Part shown: one piece after another, positions 39,186 through 47,734 of the stretch
Layout: every line of letters starts with the position of its first letter
How positions within the stretch are numbered: position 1 is the first letter of the stretch
Source: Candidatus Liptonbacteria bacterium
Lineage (GTDB): Bacteria > Patescibacteriota > Minisyncoccia > UBA6257 > JACOXY01
Assembly: GCA_016182095.1 (NCBI GenBank)
Contig: JACOXY010000014.1
Span: forward strand, 7,234 to 71,233
Reading direction: 5' to 3'
DNA length: 64,000 nucleotides
Translations under genes and position numbers: made by a program
The notes under the pieces: generated by a model
Database searches by the model: none
The model's input: only the letters and a program-made list of their open reading frames with translations
Told to the model about the DNA's origin: nothing

Positions 39186-40880
39186 ATGACAGTAAAAGAA
39201 TCAATCAAAAAAAATCCAGATGGAATTATAGCCAGAGCTTACGCTTTCGCGGAGAAATCGCATAAAGGCCAAAGCCGCAAAAACGGAGAAGCCTACTTTA
39301 ACCACGCGCTTGCGGCTGCCAATAATGTCGCGTCTTGGAACCTTGACGACGAGAGCGTGGCGGCGGCTCTTTTACACGACGTAGTGGAAGACACCGACGT
39401 AACACTGGAAAAACTTAAAAGGGAGTTCGGCGAAGAAATCGCCTTTCTTGTGGATGGCGTGACAAAAATCGGCAAAATTAGATATCGGGGCATTGAAAAC
39501 CAGGTTGAAAATCTGCGTAAAATGCTTCTGGCATTAAGCGAGGACATCAGAGTAATAATCATAAAACTCGGAGATAGACTGCATAACATGAAAACTTTAT
39601 CTTCCGTGCCGCGCGAGAAGCAAAGAAGAATCGCCCTGGAAACAATGGAGATATACTCGCCCATCGCCTATCGGCTTGGGATGCAGCACTTGTCCGGAGA
39701 ACTGGAAGATCTGGCGTTCCCATATATATATCCGCAAGAATATACCTGGTTAAAAAAAGAAGTTAAAGACGCCTATGAAAAAAGAGCTAAATACCTGGAA
39801 AGAGTAAAGAAAGCTCTTCTCCAGGAATTACAAAAAAATAAATTGCATCCGTTATTTATAGATTTTCGCGCCAAGCGATACGCCAGTCTCTACAAAAAAC
39901 TTCTGCGCTACGACATGGATATAAACAAAATCTACGACCTGGTAGCGTTAAGGGTAATTATGGAAAATGTTTCCGAGTGCTATGCCGCACTGGGGATAGT
40001 TCACAACCTGTGGCCACCTGTTCCGGGAAGGATTAAGGATTACATAGCCATGCCCAAACCCAACGGATACCGAAGTCTGCACACCACCATTATTTGCCTT
40101 GATGAAGTTATAACCGAAATTCAGATTAAAACCAAAGAAATGCACGAGGAGGCGGAGAATGGAATTGCCGCTCATTGGCTCTATGAACAGACCAAAGGAA
40201 CCGGAAAAAATATGCAAAAAAGGTCAATTTCTCCCGATAAGAAAGAATTACAATGGGTAGAGCAGTTAAGAAATTGGCAAAAAGAATTTTCTAATCCCGA
40301 AGAATTTTTGGATTCCCTGAAGATTGATTTCTTTAGAGACAGAATATTCGTCATTACGCCGCGCGGAGAAGTTCGCGACCTGCCAGTTGGAGCAACTCCG
40401 ATTGATTTTGCCTATCAAATACATAGCGATGTCGGCAATTCCTGTTCCGGAGCTAAGGTGAACGGCAAAATCGTGACGCTTGACCATCAACTGCAATCGG
40501 GTAATGTAGTTGAGATTATAACTCAAAAAAATAAAAAACCGTCCTCGTCATGGTTAAATTTTGTAAAAACAGCCGGCGCCAGAAATAAGATCAAATCGGC
40601 GCTTAAGGGAAGCGACTCGCTTGCCGCGCCCACCAAATTAGCCAGAATAGAATTCAAGATTACAGCTGAAGATAAATTGGGATTATTGAAGGACGTAACA
40701 ACAATAATATCCAGAGCGCACGTTAATATAGTTTCGGTAAACACCGGTGGACAGGGCGCCTCCAAGTTCCATGTATTAAAAATACTCTGTGACGGCATAA
40801 ATAAAGACAAGGCGGAAAAACTCGCGATAAAATTAAAGAGCGTAAAAGAAATTAAAGAACTAAGCTACAAGTTTATTTGA
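39186..40880 (+). CDS. relA: RelA/SpoT (p)ppGpp synthetase/hydrolase
   Basis: LLHDVVED, DRLHNM, KDYIA.PK.NGY.SLHT, GIAAHW.Y, TGS and ACT domains. Confidence 0.95.
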   Translation: MTVKESIKKNPDGIIARAYAFAEKSHKGQSRKNGEAYFNHALAAANNVASWNLDDESVAAALLHDVVEDTDVTLEKLKREFGEEIAFLVDGVTKIGKIRYRGIENQVENLRKMLLALSEDIRVIIIKLGDRLHNMKTLSSVPREKQRRIALETMEIYSPIAYRLGMQHLSGELEDLAFPYIYPQEYTWLKKEVKDAYEKRAKYLERVKKALLQELQKNKLHPLFIDFRAKRYASLYKKLLRYDMDINKIYDLVALRVIMENVSECYAALGIVHNLWPPVPGRIKDYIAMPKPNGYRSLHTTIICLDEVITEIQIKTKEMHEEAENGIAAHWLYEQTKGTGKNMQKRSISPDKKELQWVEQLRNWQKEFSNPEEFLDSLKIDFFRDRIFVITPRGEVRDLPVGATPIDFAYQIHSDVGNSCSGAKVNGKIVTLDHQLQSGNVVEIITQKNKKPSSSWLNFVKTAGARNKIKSALKGSDSLAAPTKLARIEFKITAEDKLGLLKDVTTIISRAHVNIVSVNTGGQGASKFHVLKILCDGINKDKAEKLAIKLKSVKEIKELSYKFI

Positions 40881-40890
40881 TCAGCATACT

Positions 40891-42015
40891 CTAAATTACA
40901 AAATCGTCTGAATAGCCCTCATCCATGTCATCGCCGCCTTCAGCGCCATTTTTTGCAAGTTTAAGCGCTATTCCCTTTAACTCCTCGGGAGAATAAAAGT
41001 CAATCATAATTTTGCCGCTTCCCCCGCTCTTTTTTATAGTAACCGGAGCGCCGAAAAACAGTTCTAATTGCTCTTTCAAATCAATGATTTCTGGGTCTTC
41101 ATAATCATCCATTTCATAAGGTGCGCTACCCGCTTCTTCCTTCATTTTAGCTACTTGTTTGATCTTATTCCGCAGTTCACGGACGCTTAAATTACTTTTC
41201 AAAATCTCGTCAAACAGTTTTTCTTGGTCACGGGGACTTGAAACCATAAGCAACATTCTTCCCTGACTCTCGTTAAGTTTGCCTTGCGTTAAAGCTTCCT
41301 GGACAACCGTGGGCAAACTTAGAAGCCGCATGGTATTAGCGATGCTTTCTCTGCTTTTGCCAAGCCGCGTGGCTATTTCCCTCTGTGTAAGCCGAAATTC
41401 ATCCTGGAGACGGGAAAATGCTCGAGCCGCCTCAATTGGATTTAAATCCTCGCGCTGGAGGTTCTCAATAATGGCCATCTCCAATTGTTCTTTTGGTGGT
41501 GATGGCTTCCTTATTATTACCGGCACCCTTTCTAAGCCGGCAATTTCGGCGGCGCGTAATCTTCGTTCACCGGCAATAAGCTGATAAGAAACATCTTGGC
41601 CAGACTCTGTTTCGTGCTCAACTTTAGAGACCAAAAGCGGCTGGAGAACCCCGAACTCCGCGATGGAGCGGGCTAGGTCATGAAGGGCTTCCGGATCAAA
41701 ATTCCGGCGCGGCTGTTCAGGATTGGGAGTAATTTTTGCTGTCTCAATGTGAAAAACAGGGCTTACCTCTAAATCCCTGGCCTTGCCGATAGATTTTCCC
41801 ATGCCTGACTCGTAAGCCGGCTTCATATGGCCACCCACAAAAGGATCGCGGCTAGGAATCTCCGGAGGGGTGAGGCGCGTATTTTCTTGCTGTAAATTCA
41901 TGGATGCAAAATCAGTTGAATTATTTAAATTCATTTCTTGAGGCGCCCGCCCCTCATTCTTCAGATTGTCTGGAGAGTGGGGGGGTATTAATGATTCAAG
42001 ACCGCGACCGAGCAT
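40891..42015 (-). CDS. parB: ParB/Spo0J partitioning protein
   Basis: MLGRGLESL, PNP.QPR, LIAGERRLRAA, ENLQREDLNP; start taken at ATG 42015. Confidence 0.95.
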   Translation of the reverse strand: MLGRGLESLIPPHSPDNLKNEGRAPQEMNLNNSTDFASMNLQQENTRLTPPEIPSRDPFVGGHMKPAYESGMGKSIGKARDLEVSPVFHIETAKITPNPEQPRRNFDPEALHDLARSIAEFGVLQPLLVSKVEHETESGQDVSYQLIAGERRLRAAEIAGLERVPVIIRKPSPPKEQLEMAIIENLQREDLNPIEAARAFSRLQDEFRLTQREIATRLGKSRESIANTMRLLSLPTVVQEALTQGKLNESQGRMLLMVSSPRDQEKLFDEILKSNLSVRELRNKIKQVAKMKEEAGSAPYEMDDYEDPEIIDLKEQLELFFGAPVTIKKSGGSGKIMIDFYSPEELKGIALKLAKNGAEGGDDMDEGYSDDFVI

Positions 42016-42159
42016 GCCATTTTTACCCAAGAGCGAAGCGATTGGCCGTAAAACCAAGCACCCCGCCCTCTAAGCAATTGATTAATAAAAAATATTTGAT
42101 TTAAATTTTAAACTAAATCCCGCAACACCTCAACAGTCTATGCGCATAGAGGGCGGGGT
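42016..42159 (-). mobile_element. CCCCGC-family TIR element with tail abutting the parB ATG
   Basis: IR 42060-42072 / 42147-42159; tail nearly identical to 46152-46196. Confidence 0.7.
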
Positions 42160-42178
42160 TAATTTGTTCGGCCAAGCC

Positions 42179-42982
42179 TCACAAATTAAAGTTCCCAAAT
42201 TGGGGCGACATTTGGAATTGATCTTCCTGTCTTATAATTTCTTTCGCGAGCTTGTTATAGGCATAGGCGCCTACTGAATTTGGAGCGTGTAATATAACCG
42301 GCTTTGCGAAACTTGGGGCTTCCGCCAAAGCTATGGACTTGGGTATTTCGGTATTGTAAACGTGATGCGGGAAATGCCTCCTTAGCTCCCTGCCAACCTC
42401 CCTGGATAATCGTTCGCGCTTATCATACATCGTAAGCACCGCTCCTGCAACCATGAGCGGATGGCGCAGATTGTCCCTTACTAAATTTATGGTGTGTAAA
42501 AGCTGGCCCAGTCCTTCCAGACTATAATACTCAGCCTGCACCGGGATCAAGACCTCGTCAGCCGCTATAAGACCATTTACGGTAAGCAGACTTAAAGACG
42601 GCGGCAAGTCTATTAAAATATAGTCGTAATTGTGTCTTATGCCAGTAATAAATTTTCGCAAACAGTGTTCTCTCTCCGGCATCTCAACTAATTCAATAAG
42701 AGCGCCTGCAAGATGAGGCCCAGCTGGGACATACGACAAGCCATAAAGCGCGGAGTTCTTGATTAGAGCGTGCGGTTCGCTAATGCCAAAAATACCATGA
42801 TAAATGGTGTGCTCCTCTCCCATCACATTGTGCCCTAATGCAGAACTCGCATTCCCCTGCGGATCAAAATCAATGACTAATGTGGAACGCCCGTGAGACG
42901 CAAGATAGCCGCCCAAATTTACGGCACTAGTGGTTTTTCCAACTCCCCCCTTAGCGTTACAAATTGCTATAACTCTGGCCAT
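42179..42982 (-). CDS. parA: ParA/Soj ATPase
   Basis: NAKGGVGKTT, DFDPQGNAS, ID.PPSL, PVQAEYYSLEG, LAEAPS. Confidence 0.96.
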   Translation of the reverse strand: MARVIAICNAKGGVGKTTSAVNLGGYLASHGRSTLVIDFDPQGNASSALGHNVMGEEHTIYHGIFGISEPHALIKNSALYGLSYVPAGPHLAGALIELVEMPEREHCLRKFITGIRHNYDYILIDLPPSLSLLTVNGLIAADEVLIPVQAEYYSLEGLGQLLHTINLVRDNLRHPLMVAGAVLTMYDKRERLSREVGRELRRHFPHHVYNTEIPKSIALAEAPSFAKPVILHAPNSVGAYAYNKLAKEIIRQEDQFQMSPQFGNFNL

Positions 42983-43269
42983 CCCTCACTCTTCAAGCAT
43001 TGATTCTCTCAACCGACGCTTGAGAGAGTAGAAACCTTTAGCAAAACGCTTAAGTTGCTTCTCGCGATTAAGCGCATCTGTTTTAGACCTATAACTTTCA
43101 AAATATATTAATGTCATTGGAAGCAGATGTTTAGTAGATTGAACCAGCCTTTTACTATGTTTTACTAATCTTTCTCTAAGATTTGGCGCAAAGCCTATAT
43201 AGAAACTTTTATCCTTCTTTGATTGTAATACATAAACATAAAACATAGTATATGCTTGAAGAGTGAGGG
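42983..43269 (-). mobile_element. CCCTCACT-family TIR element carrying a GIY-YIG gene, abutting the parA ATG
   Basis: Perfect IR CCCTCACTCTTCAAGCAT at 42983-43000 / 43252-43269. Confidence 0.8.
42986..43246 (-). CDS. stand-alone GIY-YIG nuclease (86 aa)
   Basis: FYVYVLQS....FYIG...NL..RL..H, L.YFE.Y....DA..RE..LK; stop codon lies inside the TIR. Confidence 0.9.
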   Translation of the reverse strand: MFYVYVLQSKKDKSFYIGFAPNLRERLVKHSKRLVQSTKHLLPMTLIYFESYRSKTDALNREKQLKRFAKGFYSLKRRLRESMLEE

Positions 43270-43319
43270 ACGATATCTTCACTTTAACTTAAAATCGTGG
43301 TAATATCAATGAGAAAAAT

Positions 43320-43405
43320 GCTTGGGTGGCGAAACGGCAACCGCGATGGACTCAAAATCCATTGATCGCAAGATCTTGAGGGTTCGATTCCCTCCCCAAG
43401 CACCA
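43320..43405 (+). tRNA. tRNA-Leu(CAA)
   Basis: GCTTGGG/CCCAAGC acceptor, ATGGA-CT CAA AA-TCCAT, variable arm, GTTCGATTC, CCA. Confidence 0.93.
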
Positions 43406-43611
43406 CAAAGGAAATTGCAAACTATTAAAGAAAAATTTTAATCATTTGATTTAAGAGTGAAAAATGGCCTGAAATAGGGCTATTTTGTTATTTTCGCACA
43501 AACCTTGACTTTTCATACTAAATATGCTAAACTATCAGCAGTCGTGGAATTGTAAATCCATGTCTCATTCGTGAGGGAATCACGATAACCAGTATCTTGA
43601 GGAGGTTAATC

Positions 43612-44007
43612 ATGCAGGAACTCGGAACGGGTGTTCTGAACTGGGACATCGACGAGCGGTGTTCCGATCGCTACGGACAGGTTTTTCTTCTTTCCTCGCC
43701 TGACAGTGAGGAACGAGTCAAGCTCGTCCAAGTGAAGGGTGGCGTGCGCGGGCGGCTTATGGCCATCGTCAAGGAGACGAGGCAGTCCCGCCACATCGGC
43801 GACCTTTTCCACGGTGTGTTTCCCAAGACCCCGAAAGTGGGCCAGAAGATCACGCTGGGCGAAGGAACGCTGTTCTTCCGAAACTACAACGCGGTCGGTG
43901 TTCAGCCGGACGACGGTCGAGACACACTGTGGCTCGACATCAACGGGCTCTACAAAGCCCATGAGCAGACCGTCACTCTCTACTTCGAGGAGCTTCCGGC
44001 CAACTGA
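43612..44007 (+). CDS. hypothetical protein (GC-rich, likely acquired)
   Basis: GAGGAGG SD before ATG 43612, upstream TTGACT...TAAACT promoter, downstream hairpin terminator. Confidence 0.7.
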   Translation: MQELGTGVLNWDIDERCSDRYGQVFLLSSPDSEERVKLVQVKGGVRGRLMAIVKETRQSRHIGDLFHGVFPKTPKVGQKITLGEGTLFFRNYNAVGVQPDDGRDTLWLDINGLYKAHEQTVTLYFEELPAN

Positions 44008-44283
44008 CGGGCGACCACAATGTCGCCTTGTCACAACGCGCCATGTCTTTGGACATCTGGCGCGTTTTACTTTTTAATAATTTGAAAGAACAAAGAATTT
44101 GCCGCTAAACCCCGCACCAGAATAAATTCGGTACGGGGCAGGGGAAAAACTTGCTTGTCCGCCGTAGCTCAAAGAGCGTAGGCGGAAAATTGTCATCCGC
44201 CCCGCCGTGGCGGGGCGAAATGCGTTCGAACTAATTCAAGTATTCTGCACCACATAGACTCGTCAAGGCGAAGTCGGGCGCGA

Positions 44284-44333
44284 CAAAATCCTGTGGCCGC
44301 AAGGTCGTGAGGGTTCAAGTCCCTCCCCGCCCA
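44284..44333 (+). pseudogene. 3' half of a second tRNA-Leu(CAA)
   Basis: CAA AA TCCTG, GCC-GCAA-GGT variable arm, GAGGG-TTCAAGT-CCCTC, CCCGCCC-A; no matching 5' half seen. Confidence 0.65.
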
Positions 44334-44404
44334 CAAAATATAAGTTAGAGCTACCGGTTGTTGCTCTTGTTTTATTTTAATCTTCTATTATATTTTAAAT
44401 AGCA

Positions 44405-44719
44405 TTGGGATTGGAGACATTAGTGCTCATCGCGAAAATTCTTTTCGGGCTTTTGGCACTCGCGCTTATCGTTGGTGTTCTCTGCGCCTTTAGATTGATA
44501 TCGGTCAATCAATCGCCAAGGACTCTAAAAATACTGGCGCGCGCTTACTTTCATGCGACGCTTGTGGGCATGCTACTCCATATATTTAATCCTTTAAGCG
44601 GGGATTTTGGAACTGTGACAATTGTATTTACGGGATGCTCGCTTGTGCTTTCCACATTTTTTGCTCTTAAGCATACAGTCTTGGAATACCGCGCTAACAA
44701 TAAAAAGAACGGCTCATAA
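44405..44719 (+). CDS. hypothetical membrane protein
   Basis: Three hydrophobic segments, TTG start. Confidence 0.5.
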   Translation: MGLETLVLIAKILFGLLALALIVGVLCAFRLISVNQSPRTLKILARAYFHATLVGMLLHIFNPLSGDFGTVTIVFTGCSLVLSTFFALKHTVLEYRANNKKNGS

Positions 44720-44730
44720 GCCGTCATTTT

Positions 44731-45246
44731 TTATTTAGTTCCTAGAGAAAGAGCAGTTATGGCAGTATCTTTGAAACTGCGGCCTGTATAAATTAGCTTT
44801 TCTTTTTTAATAGTACCAAGAAAACCCGTGACGGCCGATGGGTAAGTCGGATCAGTTACTCTGCACCACTCTATTCCCCCATTGTCTTGCCACTCGGACA
44901 TAACATTGCCCAATCCATAAACATCGCCGCCTTTCCAATACATAACTTCTGGAAATTCCATGTGCTTGATGTGCCCGATAAGAAAGTAGCGCAAGAATGC
45001 CAGGTAGCGATATTGAGACAGCTTATTAAGAAGTGTTTTAGTAAACCGATTCGTAAGTATAACTCCCGTAGAGTATGCCGCGAAGATTAAAGATAGGGCT
45101 TGCAAATAAGGATTGCTAAAAAACGCGCTTGTCGGCGCAGAAATCATCCCGTAAGCACCGGTAATAAAATAAGCAATTAAGCCAAAAGTAAGAAAAACCA
45201 AAACTCCGATTTTAACATTCCCCCAAACATGGCGCGCCAAACCCAC
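44731..45246 (-). CDS. DUF502-like membrane protein
   Basis: Two TM helices then V..PT.P...TGF motif and final LS.G. Confidence 0.5.
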   Translation of the reverse strand: MGLARHVWGNVKIGVLVFLTFGLIAYFITGAYGMISAPTSAFFSNPYLQALSLIFAAYSTGVILTNRFTKTLLNKLSQYRYLAFLRYFLIGHIKHMEFPEVMYWKGGDVYGLGNVMSEWQDNGGIEWCRVTDPTYPSAVTGFLGTIKKEKLIYTGRSFKDTAITALSLGTK

Positions 45247-45282
45247 TTCACAACTCCAGAATATATAAATAAGCTACTTAAA

Positions 45283-45849
45283 TTATACCGCATTTCCCCT
45301 GCCAACGCCCTCGCCCAAAGGAATCTCTTTGGCCTTGGGTTGATTAAGCAATTTAAGCGATAGATAAGCGCTAAAAAACGCGGAGGCCACTCCTCCAGCT
45401 ATATCAAGCGGCCAATGAACACCGACAAAAATCCTGCCCAAGGCAACAAAAAATGCCGCCCCGAAAAGCCAATAGCCAACTTTTTTGTTGAATAAATAGA
45501 CCGCGAAAGCCAGGGTAAAGTAAAAAATAACATGTCCGGACGGGAAAGACCCAGAATTCTCATGAGCAATAAGCGGCTCAAAATTTAAAGCGAGAAAGGG
45601 GCGCGGGCTTGCATAAACATATCTAAAAGTAGCAAGTATTACTCCGGAGATAACAAGCGCCAAAAGGAGAAAAGTAAAAAAAGAAAGTTTTTGCTTTGTT
45701 GACTTGTTTTTAAATCCGAAAACGGCAACCGACACAAGTATCGCGTAGCCCAAGTACTTCGCAAAAAAAATGCCCATCCAATCCAGCGGCCAGTAAAGTC
45801 CGGCAAATTGGTGAATGAGATTGAAGAGATAGAGATTCATATAGTCCAC
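45283..45849 (-). CDS. PAP2 family phosphatase (undecaprenyl-diphosphatase-like)
   Basis: PRPF, SFPSGH, GRIFVGVHWPLD. Confidence 0.92.
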   Translation of the reverse strand: MDYMNLYLFNLIHQFAGLYWPLDWMGIFFAKYLGYAILVSVAVFGFKNKSTKQKLSFFTFLLLALVISGVILATFRYVYASPRPFLALNFEPLIAHENSGSFPSGHVIFYFTLAFAVYLFNKKVGYWLFGAAFFVALGRIFVGVHWPLDIAGGVASAFFSAYLSLKLLNQPKAKEIPLGEGVGRGNAV

Positions 45850-45938
45850 GAATTTACGAATTTAGCGAATATACTAATCTTGGCAAACGCCACAAAGTGC
45901 TCAATTCATATATTAGCAAAATTCGTAAATTCGTGGAG

Positions 45939-46151
45939 TTATCTACGGACAAACGGGAGCAATCCAAGAAATCTCGCCCGTTTAATCGCCTCCGCGAGTC
46001 TCCTTTGGTGCTTTGCGCAAGTTCCTGTATGCATGGGATCAATGATTTTCGCCTGGCCCGAAGTAAACTTCCTCAAAAAATCAGAGTCCTTATAATCTAT
46101 TTCCTGCAAGTTTTGCGAACAAAAGTAACATTGAAAGTAACATTGGCGCAT
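45939..46151 (-). CDS. rpsR: 30S ribosomal protein S18
   Basis: CYFC, IDYKD, TGTCAKHQR.LA.AIKRARFLGLLPF; start taken at ATG 46151. Confidence 0.97.
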   Translation of the reverse strand: MRQCYFQCYFCSQNLQEIDYKDSDFLRKFTSGQAKIIDPMHTGTCAKHQRRLAEAIKRARFLGLLPFVRR

Positions 46152-46295
46152 GCCGTTTTTGCCCAAGAGCAAAGCGATTGGATGCAAAACCGAGCACCCC
46201 GCTCTCTAAGCATATAAATAATGGTTAAAATTTAATTTATAATTTGATTATTTTTAGACACGAAACCTTATAATTCCAGCACATAGAGAGCGGGG
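46152..46295 (-). mobile_element. CCCCGC-family TIR element with tail abutting the rpsR ATG
   Basis: IR 46197-46208 / 46284-46295 plus shared tail. Confidence 0.7.
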
Positions 46296-46306
46296 CTTCC
46301 TTTCAT

Positions 46307-46765
46307 TCAGAAAGGAAGGTCTTCCGCTTTTATATCATTCCCCTCATCTATATCAATGGTCGGCAAATCTGCGGCTGCGTCCTCTTTGCCGCCTGCCGCA
46401 CCCACCCCCTGTTTCCCGCCTTGAGCACCGGCGTTCGCGGCCCTCGGTCCAAATTGAATTCTTTCGGCCACTATCTCCGTTGTTTTCATGTTTTGTCCCT
46501 CTTTATTCTGCCAGCTTCTGGTTTGAAGTCGGCCCTCAACCATAGCAAGCGCGCCCTTGGTCAAAAATTGGCTCACAGTTTCAGCTTGCCTCCCCCAGAC
46601 AACAACATTGTGGAATTCAACGCTTTCCTGCCTAGCCCCAGCTTTATCGGTCCAGGTTCTGTTGGTAGCCAACCCAAAACTGGCAACCGATTGGCCGCTG
46701 GGAATACTCCTTAATTCCGGATCGCGAGTTAAGCGGCCTATTAAAAATACTTTATTGAGATTCAT
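46307..46765 (-). CDS. ssb: single-stranded DNA-binding protein
   Basis: NKVFLIGRLTRDPELR, EGRLQTRSW, C-terminal DLPF. Confidence 0.98.
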   Translation of the reverse strand: MNLNKVFLIGRLTRDPELRSIPSGQSVASFGLATNRTWTDKAGARQESVEFHNVVVWGRQAETVSQFLTKGALAMVEGRLQTRSWQNKEGQNMKTTEIVAERIQFGPRAANAGAQGGKQGVGAAGGKEDAAADLPTIDIDEGNDIKAEDLPF

Positions 46766-46775
46766 GACAAGATAA

Positions 46776-46866
46776 AACGAATGTTACTAATATTGTAACG
46801 AATGATACGAATGGAACAAAAACACCTTATTCGTTGCATTCGTTCTAAAATTCGTATCATTCGAAT
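46776..46866. repeat. intergenic hairpin of ACGAAT/ATTCGT short repeats
   Basis: CGAATGATACGAAT / ATTCGTATCATTCG; similar array at 45847-45935. Confidence 0.65.
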
Positions 46867-46872
46867 TATACA

Positions 46873-47313
46873 TTATTTAAGTATTTCTTCAAGCTTCTTC
46901 TCCAATAGTTCGTTGCTTATGGCCTCGCCACTTTCTCTGCGAGGCTCTTTTCTTTCGGTAGTTATTTCTCTCTTCGGCCTTTCGGTTCTTGGCTTAAGAT
47001 CTCTCGGGCCTCGCATCCCCCTATCAACTCTCTGTTTAATGGGAGGGGTTATTATCAAGAATCTTAAGACGCCATTTAAAACCTCAAGTTCGCGGTTAAT
47101 GGCGCTCACTTTATCAGGAGCCATTTCAAACACAAGGTATGTAAAAACTCCGGCTGTTTGTTTTTTAATCTGATAAGCGAGCTTAAATCTCGCAAGAGCG
47201 TTCTCGTGAAGCGCCGAAGCTCCATTATTTTTTAGCAAATTTAAAACTTCCGGGTAAATCTCCTCCGTTTGAAGCATTAAACTTAGTTCGTATTGTTTCT
47301 CGCTTTCTGACAT
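46873..47313 (-). CDS. rpsF: 30S ribosomal protein S6
   Basis: YEL..., LAY.IKK....., VLRFLII; rpsF-ssb-rpsR order. Confidence 0.92.
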   Translation of the reverse strand: MSESEKQYELSLMLQTEEIYPEVLNLLKNNGASALHENALARFKLAYQIKKQTAGVFTYLVFEMAPDKVSAINRELEVLNGVLRFLIITPPIKQRVDRGMRGPRDLKPRTERPKREITTERKEPRRESGEAISNELLEKKLEEILK

Positions 47314-47472
47314 TGATTAAGATAATATAGCAAAGTAAAAATAAATGCAAGATTTGCTGAAAAGCCATTATTTTATGGAGTTTTTTCTGGGACACATTGC
47401 TTTATTATTTAAAGTGTGGTATAATAAAAACACATCGAAGGTAGCACCGCTCGGAAGAGAAAGGGGAGCGAC

Positions 47473-47676
47473 ATGGAAAATGGTAAGAGGAACGGATCCA
47501 TATTATTCGGCGTAATGCTGGGTATGCTGTGCGCGGAAGTAGCTTCGGCGGCTCCACAGCCGTGGGCGGCAGCCGGCGCCGTTTTCACTGTCTTGTGCAT
47601 TATGATAGCTGTGGACAGTATGATCCTGAATGCCCGCGACCATATCTGCGACAAGATAGAGAAGATGAGAAAGTAG
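47473..47676 (+). CDS. small membrane protein
   Basis: GGGGAG SD, two hydrophobic segments, downstream GGGCACTC/GAGTGCCC terminator. Confidence 0.55.
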   Translation: MENGKRNGSILFGVMLGMLCAEVASAAPQPWAAAGAVFTVLCIMIAVDSMILNARDHICDKIEKMRK

Positions 47677-47734
47677 GCGAGCCAGAAAGGGGCACTCAAC
47701 CGAGTGCCCTCATATTTTTCTTTCCAGCATCCTT

